64,000 nt of DNA from Candidatus Campbellbacteria bacterium (GTDB lineage Bacteria; Patescibacteriota; Minisyncoccia; Phycocordibacterales; JAXHMZ01): contig JAXHMZ010000005.1 in assembly GCA_034521025.1 (NCBI GenBank), positions 197,176 to 261,175 of the forward strand. Reading direction: 5' to 3'. The notes under the pieces were generated by a model that worked only from the letters and a program-made list of their open reading frames with translations, had not been told where the DNA came from and searched no databases. How positions within the stretch are numbered: the stretch's first letter is position 1; every line of letters begins with the position of its first letter. The translations under genes and the position numbers were made by a program. Below are positions 1 to 10,184 of this stretch, piece by piece.

Positions 1-1
1 C

Positions 2-871
2 GGCTTTACTTTGGAGGGATTGGGATTTCACGGAGAATCGCTGGAGCGCATTCATCATGCCACCAATCAGAGAACCGGAATGATCCTTACCACCGGTCCG
101 ACCGGGTCAGGAAAGACAACAACTCTATATACAGTTTTGGATATTTTAAATACGCCCGAGGTCAACATTTCCACAGTAGAAGATCCTATTGAATACCAAA
201 TGGATCGCATCAACCAAACACAAGTAAAGCCCGACATTGGATTTGATTTTAGCGTAGGACTTCGAACGCTTGTGCGCCAAGATCCGGATATAATTATGGT
301 GGGTGAGGTTCGCGACCAAGAGACAGCCAGCCTAGCAGTAAACGCCGCTTTAACGGGACACTTGGTTTTGTCTACTTTGCACACCAACTCGGCGGCTGGA
401 GCCATACCTCGTCTGATCGATATGAAAGTAGAACCGTTTCTGATCGTTTCAACCGTCAAAGTAATCATTGGTCAGCGTCTTGTACGTAAATTATGCAAAG
501 ATAAAGAGGAGTACAACCTAACTCCCGAAGAAATTGAAACGCTTAGAGAGTCGGTGGATCTAGATAAGGTTTTGAGCTTCCTAAAAGAAGAGCGCATTGT
601 ATCCGAAAGCTCTACTTGGGAAGATATTCCTTTCTATAGACCCAAAGAAACCGATGAATGTGAAGATGGTTTCAGTGGTCGAGTGGGCATTCACGAGGTC
701 CTCAAGGTCACAGAAACTATTCGCAATATGGTGATGAGTGGATCCAGTACCGAAGAGCTCGAAGAGCAAGCCAGAAAAGAGGGAATGATGACAATGATAG
801 AAGATGGCATTTTTAAGGCAGCGCAAGGCGAAACCTCTATTGAAGAAGTTCTGCGTGTTATTTCTGAGTAA
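2..871 (+). CDS. pilB: Type IV pilus/T2SS assembly ATPase (PilB/GspE), 5'-truncated by window edge
   Basis: Walker A GPTGSGKTTT, TVEDPIEY, RQDPDIIMVGEVRD, TGHLVLSTLHTN; frame is open to the window start. Confidence 0.93.
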   Translation, partial: GFTLEGLGFHGESLERIHHATNQRTGMILTTGPTGSGKTTTLYTVLDILNTPEVNISTVEDPIEYQMDRINQTQVKPDIGFDFSVGLRTLVRQDPDIIMVGEVRDQETASLAVNAALTGHLVLSTLHTNSAAGAIPRLIDMKVEPFLIVSTVKVIIGQRLVRKLCKDKEEYNLTPEEIETLRESVDLDKVLSFLKEERIVSESSTWEDIPFYRPKETDECEDGFSGRVGIHEVLKVTETIRNMVMSGSSTEELEEQARKEGMMTMIEDGIFKAAQGETSIEEVLRVISE

Positions 872-876
872 ATATT

Positions 877-2100
877 ATGAAATATAAATATGTAATAGAG
901 CGTCATGGTGAGAGAATCGAAGGTGTAGAAAACGCTGAAGATAAAGCGGATCTTTTTGACAAGGTGAAACAGCCCGGTGACACCCTTATTTCCATAGAGG
1001 AAACGGAAAGAAGTGGGCTGTCAAAGTTCAATATTTCTTTAGATCCTATTCTTCGAAAACTGAATCGAGTTAAAACGCAAGAAAAGATCCTTTTTGCTAA
1101 AAACATTAGCGCTATGATCGACTCGGGGCTACCTATATCGCGAGCCCTTTCTGTGGTCAGGCGACAAGCGCGCAACCCAAAGTTCAAAGAAGTGGTTGAA
1201 GATCTAGAAAATAGTATTTCCAAAGGCAAAACTTTTTATGATGCTCTCCAAGAACACCAGGGCGTATTCTCTGATCTGTTTATAGCTATGGTTCGCGCCG
1301 GGGAAGAGTCGGGGCAGTTAGCACAAGCGCTTTCGGTAGTTGGTGAGCAGATGGAGCGAACTCATACGCTCAAAAAGAAGGTAAAAGGAGCAATGATGTA
1401 TCCATCGGTTATTATTGCCGCCATGATAATAATCGCGATCTTGATGCTGATCTATGTCGTACCTTCCCTAACGGCGACCTTTGAAGACCTGGACACGGAA
1501 CTGCCCGCTTCCACCAAATTTATTATTTTCGTAAGTGATATGTTTAAAAACCACACCCTAGAGGTCTTTCTCGGTACTGTCGCGTTAATTGGTGGGTTTA
1601 TATTCAGCTTGCGTACGGAGCGTGGGAAAAAGGTATTCGATACAGTTACATTACACCTTCCTGTCGTTTCGGGCTTGGTCAAGGAGTCTAATTCAGCCGC
1701 TACAGCTCGTACTTTGTCATCTCTGCTTTCTTCGGGGGTGGAGGTAGTTGAGGCGTTAGATATCACGGAGGAAGTTATCCAGAATCATCATTACCGCAGT
1801 GTCTTAGCAGAAGCCAAAAAAGCCATTCAAAAAGGAAAACCACTGTCTGATGTGTTTACAGATAATGAAAAAATATATCCGATATATGTAGGCGAAATGA
1901 TCGCTGTCGGAGAAGAAACGGGAAAGCTTTCGGAAATGCTTTCAAACGTCGCTGACTTTTATGAAGAGGACGTACAGCAAAAGACCAAAGACCTATCTAC
2001 CATAGTTGAGCCGGTTTTGATGATAGTGGTTGGTGCGGCAGTTGGCTTTTTCGCGCTTTCAATGATCACTCCTATGTATTCTATAGCTAACAGTATTTAG
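877..2100 (+). CDS. pilC: Type IV pilus platform protein PilC/GspF
   Basis: Two GspF repeats (AGEESGQL, VGEETGKL), KVKGAMMYP, three TM segments; follows pilB. Confidence 0.93.
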   Translation: MKYKYVIERHGERIEGVENAEDKADLFDKVKQPGDTLISIEETERSGLSKFNISLDPILRKLNRVKTQEKILFAKNISAMIDSGLPISRALSVVRRQARNPKFKEVVEDLENSISKGKTFYDALQEHQGVFSDLFIAMVRAGEESGQLAQALSVVGEQMERTHTLKKKVKGAMMYPSVIIAAMIIIAILMLIYVVPSLTATFEDLDTELPASTKFIIFVSDMFKNHTLEVFLGTVALIGGFIFSLRTERGKKVFDTVTLHLPVVSGLVKESNSAATARTLSSLLSSGVEVVEALDITEEVIQNHHYRSVLAEAKKAIQKGKPLSDVFTDNEKIYPIYVGEMIAVGEETGKLSEMLSNVADFYEEDVQQKTKDLSTIVEPVLMIVVGAAVGFFALSMITPMYSIANSI

Positions 2101-2103
2101 GGT

Positions 2104-2571
2104 ATGAAATATACATCCAAAGGTTTTACTTTAATAGAATTGCTGGTTGTAGTGGCCATAATAGCCATACTATCAACTATTTTACTTTCAAGTTTTGTTA
2201 ACTATAGATCTAGGCAAGCTTTGGAGCTGGCAACCAAAGAAGCCAGGCAGATATTTGAAACTGCTCGTTCTCAGACTCTTGCCTCTACCGGAGATAGCTC
2301 CTACGGAGTTTTTATAGATTCAGATAGCTTTGTGTTATTTGAAGGCGGTACTTATGACCCTACTGATCCAGATAACACTTCTTTTGATCTGGATAGCACT
2401 GTAGAAATTTCAGATGTTTCACTGAGTCCTGATACTGATACGGTAACTTTTGAGAGGGGAACGGGTGAGCCGAGTGCCTCGGGGGTAATTGAGCTTTCTC
2501 TCACCGGCGCGTCAAGTGCTAGCCGATCGATTACTATTTCACCAACTGGTATAATTAATTCAAATGAGTAA
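2104..2571 (+). CDS. Type IV minor pilin (FimT/GspH-like)
   Basis: Class III signal peptide KG|FTLIELLVV with E5. Confidence 0.85.
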   Translation: MKYTSKGFTLIELLVVVAIIAILSTILLSSFVNYRSRQALELATKEARQIFETARSQTLASTGDSSYGVFIDSDSFVLFEGGTYDPTDPDNTSFDLDSTVEISDVSLSPDTDTVTFERGTGEPSASGVIELSLTGASSASRSITISPTGIINSNE

Positions 2572-3055
2572 GCATTCTTTGCAAAAAGGAATAGGACTGA
2601 TTGAAGTATTAATTGCTACGACCATATTAACTTTAATAGTTTTTGCTTTTACCTCTTCTTTGTCTTTGTATTCCTCCGCTAGCGTTGATGCTACTAAGCG
2701 TACTCAGGCTACTTTTTTAGCGGAAGAGGGTTTAGAAGTAGTCAGAATGCTACGAGACGAAAGTTGGAGTAATAATATAGAACCCCAAAGTTCTGATACC
2801 GATTACGGGTTCTCCTTTGATACGTCTACGTCTGATTGGTCGATCACGAGCGGTCCTGAAACTTTCGGAGAATTTACGCGTACCCTGGTGTTTGGAGATG
2901 TCTACAGGGACAGTAATGACGATATAGTAACTGACGGTTCGGGAACGTTTGATCCGGATTCTCGTTTTGTAACGGTTGAAGTTACCTGGGATAGCAGGCG
3001 CGGAGAGCAGCGGGTGGTCCTTGAGTCTTTAGTCAATAATACCTTTGATAATTAA
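2564..3055 (+). CDS. Type IV minor pilin (PilV/GspI-like)
   Basis: KG|IGLIEVLI prepilin motif; ATFLAEEGLEVVR; VTVEVTW strand. Confidence 0.8.
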   Translation: MSKHSLQKGIGLIEVLIATTILTLIVFAFTSSLSLYSSASVDATKRTQATFLAEEGLEVVRMLRDESWSNNIEPQSSDTDYGFSFDTSTSDWSITSGPETFGEFTRTLVFGDVYRDSNDDIVTDGSGTFDPDSRFVTVEVTWDSRRGEQRVVLESLVNNTFDN

Positions 3056-3564
3056 TGAAAAAACGACTGAACGCGGGAATAACAATAATGGAACTTTTGA
3101 TTTATATAGGGATAATGACCCTTGCGCTTGTTTCGATAGTCTCTCTTCTCATTAACGCTACGGACATTATTACCGCTGTTAAACAAGACAAAGAGATACG
3201 CTCTTCGGCTTTTACCGCTTTGGACAGAATTGGCAGGGAAGTAAAAGGCGCGACAGAGATAGTGAAAGCCGAGAGCAGCTTTGACTCAGACCCCGGGGTG
3301 CTGACAATAAATGCAGTGGACGAAAATGGCGATCAATATGAAGCAACTTTTGAGGTTAGTGGTGATGATCTTAATATATCTTACGACGATACTGTGTTGG
3401 GAAGTCTGATATCAGAGGACGTAACCGTTGAAAGTCTAACTTTCTATCTTTCAGAAACCGCGACTTCACGTTCTGTTCGTACAGAGTTAACTCTTTCGCA
3501 CTTAGACGACCCTTCAAAACAAAAAACGTTTTATTTAACGACTGTCCCTCGTGGAATGTATTAA
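3055..3564 (+). CDS. Type IV minor pilin (PilW/GspJ-like)
   Basis: AG|ITIMELLIYI prepilin motif; ALDRIGREVK. Confidence 0.8.
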   Translation: MKKRLNAGITIMELLIYIGIMTLALVSIVSLLINATDIITAVKQDKEIRSSAFTALDRIGREVKGATEIVKAESSFDSDPGVLTINAVDENGDQYEATFEVSGDDLNISYDDTVLGSLISEDVTVESLTFYLSETATSRSVRTELTLSHLDDPSKQKTFYLTTVPRGMY

Positions 3565-3573
3565 TTTTGACCT

Positions 3574-4891
3574 ATGAAAATTTTTGAGAAAAAAATTCAA
3601 GACAAGTCTATTTTGAATAAAAGAAAGCCACAGGAAAGCGGTTTTGTGATGTTAACGGTTGTTGTAATATTCCTCTTTATTTCTCTGGGAGCGGCTTTGT
3701 CTATAGCGGCTGTGGTTTATCGGCAACATCAAATTGTCAATAACGGGGTACGTTCAGCCCAGAGTTTGTATGCCTCGGAGTCACTTCAAGATGATATATT
3801 TTATCGTTTTACAACCGGAAAAGATGTTTCTCCAAACGAGACGCTAGAATTAAACGGCGCGGTAGCTAACGCTACAATTGAAGATATTTCTGACGGAAAA
3901 CGCTCTACTAGCATTGGCGACGCGGAGAACCGAATAAGAAAGACGGAAATGGTTGTAAATGAAGGTAGTGGCGCCTCGTTTTTTTATGGAGTTCAATCGG
4001 GAAGGGGCGGTTTTACTTTGCAAAACAACGCCGAAGTTATCGGCAATATATACTCTAACGGTACAGTTGAAGGCGCGGGGAATAATGTAGAGGGAGACGT
4101 TGTCTCCGCGACAGATTCAGGGCTTATAAGTGGTATAACCACTAACTATTCTGCCTATGCGCATAGGATAGAGGATTCTGATATAGGACAAGACGCATAT
4201 TACCAAAGTATCTTCAATACCAGCGTGGGAGGCAATGAATATCCGGGCAGTGATGATCTTCCGGAAATTGACTTGCCGATTTCTGATGAGCAAATTGAGG
4301 ATTGGGAGGAAGGAGCCGAAAGCGGCGGGGTTATTTCCTCGCCATGTCCCTTATCAAGTAGGTGATTCAGAGGTTTTAGGTCCCGTGAAGATAACTTGCG
4401 ATGTCGAGGTAAGCGGAAATGATGTGTGGTTAGAAGGTCCGGTATGGGTAGAAGGAAACATCGAATTTACCGGTAATTCTGCTATCAATATCGATCCGTC
4501 GCTCGGAGAGAAGAGCGTAGCTATCATAGCCGACAAACAGAGCGACAGAGAATCTTCGAGCAGGATCCAAATTAGCAACAACCTAGAGTTCAATGGATCT
4601 GGTGAAGATAGTTCTTATATCCTTTTGATCTCGCAAAACAATAGTGCCGAAAACGGAGGCGGCACTGACGCTATAAAACTTCAAAACAACGCCGAAGGTG
4701 ATCTTCTTTTGTACGCGGGGCATGGTTCAATTACAATTGATAACAACACCGATCTCACCGAAGTCACTGCTTATCGTATACACATCCAAAACAATGCTAC
4801 GGTCAGATACGAATCTGGATTGGCAGACTTGGTTTTTTCTACGGGTCCTTCCGGTGGTTATTCTTTAAAGTCACTCGAGGAAATACAGTAA
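3574..4891 (+). pseudogene. PilX/GspK-like minor pilin split by a +1 frameshift at about 4348-4352 (ORFs 3574-4365 and about 4349-4891)
   Basis: SG|FVMLTVV prepilin lacking E5 (PilX-like); TGT CCC TTA TCA AGT AGG TGA becomes TGT CCT TAT CAA GTA GGT GAT if one base is removed; xLQNNA repeats occur in both halves. Confidence 0.75.
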
Positions 4892-4936
4892 AGACAGCTC
4901 CCAAAAAACACATTTCTCGTGGTAAACTAATTGCAT

Positions 4937-5815
4937 ATGCCCAAAAACAACGTCTATTCCTCTCAAAAGAAAAAGAAAACGAAATCAGTAGAAGTTAAGA
5001 AAAAACAAACTAAACCAAGCGTCTCCGGGGTGGAGACAAAGAAAAAAGATATGCTAGTAGCGGCAAACTGGAAGATGAATCCGGGCGAAATCGCTCTAGC
5101 CAAGAAGCTTTTCCTCGGAGTAAAGGAGGGAATGCGCAAGATCAAAAAGACCGAGGTGGTGGTATGTCCGCCTTTTGTCTATTTGGATACTTTGCTAGAT
5201 CTCTATACGGGGAAAAAGATAGGATTTGGAGCGCAAACTTGCTTTTCGGAGAAAGAAGGATCTTACACCGGAGAAGTCAGCGCCGGAATGATACAAAGCT
5301 TGGGAGCAAGATATGTCATATTAGGACACTCGGAACGTCGGGCTATGGGGGAAACGGATAAGGATGTGCGAGAGAGAGTTCAGCGGGTGCTCGAAGTTGG
5401 TCTTACTCCGATAGTTTGCATAGGTGAGCATGAACGCGACAATGACGGAAAGTATCTTGAGGTTATAAAGGATCAACTACAAGAGCTTTTTTATGGAATG
5501 TCTCGTGATTGGATGAAAAATGTCATCATCGCCTATGAGCCTATTTGGGCTATTGGCAAAAGTAGTAACGAGTCGGTAACTCCGCACGCCCTACACGAAA
5601 CAGCTATATATATTCGCAAGGTACTAGCAGGTCTGTTTGATAAAAAATCAGCAATAAGCCAGACAATTCTTTATGGTGGATCGGTAGAACCTAACAACGC
5701 CTCAGAGTTAATAGACGGAACGCAGGTGAACGGATTTCTCGTCGGCCACGCTTCGCTTGAATCTCAAGACTTTTTACAAATTGTGGAGGAAGTTGAAAAA
5801 TATGCACAACGATAA
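4937..5815 (+). CDS. tpiA: Triosephosphate isomerase with Lys-rich N-terminal extension
   Basis: AANWKMN, GHSERR, AYEPIWAIG, LYGGSV motifs; start placed at ATG 4937 after TGgTAAACT. Confidence 0.95.
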   Translation: MPKNNVYSSQKKKKTKSVEVKKKQTKPSVSGVETKKKDMLVAANWKMNPGEIALAKKLFLGVKEGMRKIKKTEVVVCPPFVYLDTLLDLYTGKKIGFGAQTCFSEKEGSYTGEVSAGMIQSLGARYVILGHSERRAMGETDKDVRERVQRVLEVGLTPIVCIGEHERDNDGKYLEVIKDQLQELFYGMSRDWMKNVIIAYEPIWAIGKSSNESVTPHALHETAIYIRKVLAGLFDKKSAISQTILYGGSVEPNNASELIDGTQVNGFLVGHASLESQDFLQIVEEVEKYAQR

Positions 5816-6926
5816 CGATTTGCCATTACTCAGAAATGCGGATATATCTAGTGGACAAAAAGTTCTAGTCAGGGTTGATTTTAATGTTCCGGTTGATAAG
5901 GACGAAGTTAGAAGCGACTTTAGGATCAAACGTTCTCTAGAGACCATTGATTTTTTGCGTGAGAAAGGTGCCAAGGTAATTTTAATGAGCCATATCACTG
6001 ACGTTGATACTTTAGAGCCGGTATCGCACTATTTAAAGGACTTTATTCCCCATATATTTATAGAGGATCTTTATGACGAAAAAGACAGGTCGGCCTTAGA
6101 CGGGCTTGAGAACGGAGAAGTAGCTCTACTGGAAAATCTGCGCAGAAACTCCGGCGAAAAAGAAAACAATGAAGATTTTTCTCGCGATCTTGCAGATCTA
6201 GCAGATGTATATGTAAACGACGCTTTCGCGGTGTCGCACCGAGAGCATGCCTCGGTTGTAGGAGTACCCAAGCTTATGAAAGGTTGCGCGGGGTTCCTCA
6301 TTGAAGAAGAAGTAAAGGAGCTTTCGCGAGCGATTGACCCAAAGCACCCTTTTTTGTTCATTTTGGGAGGAGCTAAGTTCGAAACAAAAATGCCTCTTAT
6401 AGAGCGCTTTCTTGATATAGCGGACACTCTTTTAGTCGGAGGAGCTCTAGCAAATGATCTATATAAAGCCGAAGGCCTCGGTATTGGCCAGTCTCTTACC
6501 TCAAAGGCCGTTGATCTTGAAAAGGTATTCACTGATCCTAAGGTTCTCACTCCAAAAGAGGTGATCGTAGAGCGTGACGGAGAAGCTCACAAGATAAATG
6601 TTCAAGACGTGCGCGAAGAAGATATCATATCCGACGTGTCGGCGGAGTGGATTCGTACTCTGGAGGAAAAAATGGCCGACTCTGAAACCATTCTCTGGAA
6701 TGGTCCTTTTGGCAACTATGAAGCGGGTTACTCCGAAGGTTCGGAAATGATCGCCAAGCTCATTGCCGAATCCAATGCGCATTCCATTGTTGGGGGAGGA
6801 GACACTCTTGCTATAATCGGCAATCTCGGGATCAGCGATAAGCTCGGATTTATCTCCACCGGCGGCGGTGCTATGCTTGACTTCCTAGCCAACGGCACGT
6901 TGCCAGGGATCGAGGTGTTGAAATGA
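5802..6926 (+). CDS. pgk: Phosphoglycerate kinase
   Basis: RVDFNVP, LLENLR, VNDAF..SHR, WNGP, GGGDT, STGGGA; likely start ATG 5802 overlapping tpiA. Confidence 0.96.
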   Translation: MHNDNDLPLLRNADISSGQKVLVRVDFNVPVDKDEVRSDFRIKRSLETIDFLREKGAKVILMSHITDVDTLEPVSHYLKDFIPHIFIEDLYDEKDRSALDGLENGEVALLENLRRNSGEKENNEDFSRDLADLADVYVNDAFAVSHREHASVVGVPKLMKGCAGFLIEEEVKELSRAIDPKHPFLFILGGAKFETKMPLIERFLDIADTLLVGGALANDLYKAEGLGIGQSLTSKAVDLEKVFTDPKVLTPKEVIVERDGEAHKINVQDVREEDIISDVSAEWIRTLEEKMADSETILWNGPFGNYEAGYSEGSEMIAKLIAESNAHSIVGGGDTLAIIGNLGISDKLGFISTGGGAMLDFLANGTLPGIEVLK

Positions 6927-6955
6927 TATCCGAGGATCTTATCCTGTCGCGAGCT

Positions 6956-7363
6956 CTACAATTTGGAAGATATTTTTTCTCTAAATTCCTCTGCCTCTCC
7001 TTCCGCATATTCTTTTTTAGGCCAGTGCGATAGACCGTCGTTTGTATATCTCGGTATTACGTGTACGTGGTAGTGAAAAACTTCTTGTCCGGCCGCGGGG
7101 CCATTGTTGTTTGAGATATTTGTTCCCTCGGAATCCAGGGCTTCTTTCTGTGCTAGAGCTATTTTCTTTGCTGTTCTGTATACGTGCGAATACGTATCAA
7201 ACTCGGCATCGAAAATATTTACTACGTGTTCTTTGGGAACCACCAGTGTATGCCCTTTGTTCACGGGTTTTATATCAAGAAAAGCGAGCGTATGTTCATC
7301 CTCATAAACTATATCTGCCGGAAATTCTTTTTTAACTATTTTGCAAAAAATACAATCATTCAT
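6956..7363 (-). CDS. HIT (histidine triad) family nucleotide hydrolase
   Basis: DCIFCKI, GHTLVVPKEH, AGQEVFHYHVHVIPR. Confidence 0.93.
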   Translation of the reverse strand: MNDCIFCKIVKKEFPADIVYEDEHTLAFLDIKPVNKGHTLVVPKEHVVNIFDAEFDTYSHVYRTAKKIALAQKEALDSEGTNISNNNGPAAGQEVFHYHVHVIPRYTNDGLSHWPKKEYAEGEAEEFREKISSKL

Positions 7364-7405
7364 ACATAAAGTATACCAAATACAACATTTTAATACTAAA
7401 AAACG

Positions 7406-7445
7406 AAAATAAATGCTTCAATCTATAGATTGAAGCATTTATTTT
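7406..7445. repeat. Perfect 40 bp palindrome, copy 1 of a dispersed repeat
   Basis: AAAATAAATGCTTCAATCTA|TAGATTGAAGCATTTATTTT; 7407-7446 is identical to 42693-42732. Confidence 0.95.
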
Positions 7446-7508
7446 GGCTTATTTAAGCCCTTTTTCAAGCTAAGCATTAAGGCGTTCGGTCGTGCTACAA
7501 TGGCTCCT

Positions 7509-9236
7509 ATGGGTAAGTCTATTATATTTGAGGAGAAGTCTAAAAAAGTTCCGAAGGGGGTATTGAAAGGCTATTCAGCGGTAGCTAGAACGCTTCTTTA
7601 CAATCGTGGCTTCACCGACGAAAGAGAAGTCGAAGATCTTTTAAAAGGAAACTACGAAGAAGGAACGCACGATCCTTATCTTATGCTGGGAATGGATGTT
7701 GCGGTTGAAAGAATAGTGAAAGCCCTAAAGAACGATGAAAAGATCGCTATCTTTTCTGACTATGACGCTGACGGGGTGCCGGGAGCCGTAGTTCTGCGGG
7801 AGTTTTTAGAGAAGATCGGTTTTAGCAATATAGAGTCTTATATTCCGCATCGTGGCATTGAAGGTTTCGGACTGAATAATACGGCTATCGCTGAATTAAA
7901 GGACAAGGGGGTGACACTTTTGATCACGGTTGATTGTGGCATTGCTGATATTGAGGAGGTCTCATACGCTCAAAGCGAAGGAATAGACGTCATTATAAGT
8001 GATCACCACATCTCTCCCGAGGAACCGCCGCCTGCTATTGCGATACTTAACCCCAAGCAACCGTCTTGCAAATATCCGTTTGATGAACTTTGCGGAGCAG
8101 GTGTGGTGTATAAATTAGTTCAAGCTCTGATAGCTCACGAAGAAGTTTCGTTTTCGATTGGGCAGGAAAAATGGTTGCTTGATCTGGTCGGTATAGCAAC
8201 TCTTGCCGATATGGTTCCGTTGGTGGACGAGAACAGAATATTCGCTCGCTATGGCCTTCTGGTGCTAAATAAGGGACGTCGTCTGGGTCTGCGAGAGTTG
8301 CTTTCACAAGCCAAGGTGGACTATCGGACTATCTCAGAGGATGATGTTTCGTTTACCATCGCGCCGAGAATAAACGCCGCCAGTCGAATGTCGCATCCTG
8401 ATATTGCCTTCGGTCTCCTGTTTGCCAAGACTCGCAAAGAAGCGATGGAACAAGCGGCAAAGCTCGAAGAGATAAACAAAGAGCGCAAAACTTTGGTTGC
8501 TCGTATAGCAAAGGAGGTCAAAAAGAAATTTGCTGATCGCAAGCCCGGACCGGTATTGGTAACCGGCAATCCGCGCTGGAAACCGGGCATACTCGGACTT
8601 ATTGCCAACTCGCTCTCTGACAGTTTCGAGCGGCCGGCTTTTGTTTGGGGCAGAGAAGGAGAATCGGGAAGTATAAAGGGTTCGGTTCGCTCAGACGGAA
8701 TTATGAATGTGGTTGAAATTATGAAGTCTTTGCCCGAAGAGACCTTCATAAACTATGGCGGACACGCTTTTTCCGGAGGATTTTCAATAGAGCTTGAAAA
8801 GGTACATTCTCTAGAGGGTCTTTTAAATGATGCGGCACGCACCACAAAAGAAACGGACGAAGAGGAGCTGTCGTCCGCCAAACGATATTTTGATATGAGC
8901 GTCAAATCGGAAGAAATAGAATCTGGTCTTTTTGAGGAAGTTCTTTCCTTGTCACCGTTTGGAGTAGGATTTGAAAAACCGATATTTAAGATAGAAGACG
9001 TAGAAGTTGTTTCGGTCAAAGAGTTTGGTAAAGATAAGAATCATCTAGGGATCGATTTCAAAGGAAAAAACGGCAAAGTTTTCAACGCGATAGGATTTTT
9101 TATGACAAAAGACAGCTTTTCTTTAGATATTGAGCCTGGCAAAACAATAACTATTTATGGTGCATTAGAAAAGAGTTTCTTTAGGGGTAGAGCAGAATAT
9201 CGTGTCCGGATCGAACACCTAGAAGAGCATATTTAA
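7509..9236 (+). CDS. recJ: ssDNA-specific exonuclease RecJ
   Basis: DYDADG, TVDCG, SDHH, ADMVPL..ENR, APRINAASR, GGHAFSGG; start reassigned to ATG 7509, 7 nt after TGcTACAAT. Confidence 0.94.
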   Translation: MGKSIIFEEKSKKVPKGVLKGYSAVARTLLYNRGFTDEREVEDLLKGNYEEGTHDPYLMLGMDVAVERIVKALKNDEKIAIFSDYDADGVPGAVVLREFLEKIGFSNIESYIPHRGIEGFGLNNTAIAELKDKGVTLLITVDCGIADIEEVSYAQSEGIDVIISDHHISPEEPPPAIAILNPKQPSCKYPFDELCGAGVVYKLVQALIAHEEVSFSIGQEKWLLDLVGIATLADMVPLVDENRIFARYGLLVLNKGRRLGLRELLSQAKVDYRTISEDDVSFTIAPRINAASRMSHPDIAFGLLFAKTRKEAMEQAAKLEEINKERKTLVARIAKEVKKKFADRKPGPVLVTGNPRWKPGILGLIANSLSDSFERPAFVWGREGESGSIKGSVRSDGIMNVVEIMKSLPEETFINYGGHAFSGGFSIELEKVHSLEGLLNDAARTTKETDEEELSSAKRYFDMSVKSEEIESGLFEEVLSLSPFGVGFEKPIFKIEDVEVVSVKEFGKDKNHLGIDFKGKNGKVFNAIGFFMTKDSFSLDIEPGKTITIYGALEKSFFRGRAEYRVRIEHLEEHI

Positions 9237-9617
9237 AAGAATTACCCCGAGAAATAGTCCCGGGGCAATTGAAGCTTGGGTTCTTGGCGCCGTAGGGCGC
9301 TTCACCTCCCTACGGCGTTTCCCTTTTGGGGTATCACCGACCTTCCACAGCCTGGTTTCGGGGTGATATTTCGGTTTGAAGATGCGGACGTCGTGGCTCC
9401 GCACAAACCTTCCGTTCCCAGTTTTGACGGTTTCAATAAATGATCCGTCCTCTGCGTAGGTCATATATTTGGGATCATTTCCGATTCCGCCACTTGGGTG
9501 CAGTACGATATCACCCGGCTCCAGAAACTTAGCACATGTCCAGATTAGTACCTCTTCTCCAAACGAATGTTGGGTTTGCTCTTCTCGAGTCATCGGACTT
9601 GCTAGTCTTGGATCCAT
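9219..9617 (-). CDS. Hypothetical orphan protein, 132 aa
   Basis: GAGAGGAG SD before ATG; TTGACA upstream at 9663-9668 (minus strand); 3' end overlaps recJ. Confidence 0.55.
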   Translation of the reverse strand: MDPRLASPMTREEQTQHSFGEEVLIWTCAKFLEPGDIVLHPSGGIGNDPKYMTYAEDGSFIETVKTGNGRFVRSHDVRIFKPKYHPETRLWKVGDTPKGKRRREVKRPTAPRTQASIAPGLFLGVILLNMLF

Positions 9618-9683
9618 TTAAAGATCTCCTCTCGGTCTTTATAAAAACATTTTTTGTGAATATGTCAAATATTATCTAGCGAT

Positions 9684-9716
9684 AAAAGGACCCAACCTAT
9701 GATAAGGTCGGGCCCG
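9684..9716 (-). terminator. Intrinsic terminator after ORF 9725-9943
   Basis: Minus strand GGGCCCGACCT-TATCAT-AGGTTGGGTCC-TTTT. Confidence 0.75.
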
Positions 9717-9724
9717 AATGTTTC

Positions 9725-9943
9725 TTATGCGCTCATCTCAGGGAGTAGCCCAGCATAATCCATCTGTGGGAATTCGGGAATTTGGTCCTCGTTCTCAACT
9801 CTACGAAGGATTTTCAAGTATCCAGCGTTAAAGCAAAAGTCAACAAAACAGACTTCGTGCTCTTCATCGAGGCCAATCACCTTCCCAATTTCCGGCAGTC
9901 GATAAGCTTTGCCAGGCTTCATCTTGTTAGCGCACTTGAACAT
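9725..9943 (-). CDS. Hypothetical orphan protein, 72 aa
   Basis: GGGAGG SD 4 nt before ATG; followed by a terminator. Confidence 0.5.
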   Translation of the reverse strand: MFKCANKMKPGKAYRLPEIGKVIGLDEEHEVCFVDFCFNAGYLKILRRVENEDQIPEFPQMDYAGLLPEMSA

Positions 9944-10145
9944 GAGTCCTCCCGGACTTCGCGGTCAATAACCGCGAGGCGTGTACCAGTAAGACCCCTA
10001 TTGTCCTACTCGTCTCACGCACTTGAGGTTCTCTCTAAAACGTTTCCTGTGCGAATATCATTCACACGAGGGCCTATATATTGAAACCTCCTTTCCGAGC
10101 TTTTTATAGCATATTTTTGGAAATATGGTCAATTTTTTGACGTGA

Positions 10146-10178
10146 ATAAAAAGAGCGCAAGGTTGTCCTTGCGCTCAG
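10146..10178 (-). terminator. Intrinsic terminator after ORF 10185-10430
   Basis: GAGCGCAAGG/CCTTGCGCTC 10 bp stem followed by a T-tract on the minus strand. Confidence 0.8.
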
Positions 10179-10184
10179 AGTGAC

